This document shows positions 63,907 to 64,000 of a stretch of DNA of 64,000 bases, piece by piece. Under the pieces are notes generated by a model that worked only from the letters and a program-made list of their open reading frames with translations, was not told where the DNA came from and ran no database searches. The DNA is from the human T2T-CHM13v2.0 reference genome, Homo sapiens. A program made the position numbers and the translations under genes. The first letter of the stretch is position 1; each line of letters opens with the position of its first letter. The DNA lies in the NCBI RefSeq assembly GCF_009914755.1, contig NC_060928.1, one strand, 5' to 3'.

Positions 63907-64000
63907 CTCCATCGTTTCTGCCTGCTGGGTGAAGAGACTGCAAAGGGTCCAGGGAGGAAGGAGGAGTGCTAGTGGATGAAAATTCTGGAAAGACATAATG

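Noticed and set aside
63712-63996. Arg-rich, protamine-like ORF
   Set aside because: The poly-Arg comes from the (AGG)n repeat, and there is no gene context.

Overview
This is AT-rich, CpG-depleted primate DNA, most likely human or another ape, since it contains an AluY, an L1PA4-like element and an LTR12. It looks intergenic or deep-intronic. I found no credible protein-coding gene, RNA gene or CRISPR array. The listed ORFs are chance frames, or translations of Alu, L1, LTR and microsatellite sequence. The window is a dense record of old transposable elements: Alu, MIR, L2, L1M/L1PA, MaLR LTRs, ERV1 and ERVL LTRs, and hAT/Tigger DNA transposons, many with readable target-site duplications (TSDs). 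The most notable structures are: (i) an ~8.6 kb decayed two-LTR ERVL (LTR16/ERV3-16A3-like) provirus hosting five later insertions, including a full-length THE1; (ii) an L1MC-type LINE whose 5' end is joined directly to its 3' end between a degenerate TSD; (iii) several small inverted-repeat scars suggesting template switching; (iv) intact DUX4 motifs in four THE1 LTRs; (v) a palindromic TA array; and (vi) a CpG-retaining, non-repeat STAT/NF-Y motif cluster. I see no evidence for a new biological system. Subfamily names come from recalled consensus sequences, not from a search, and need RepeatMasker/Dfam confirmation.
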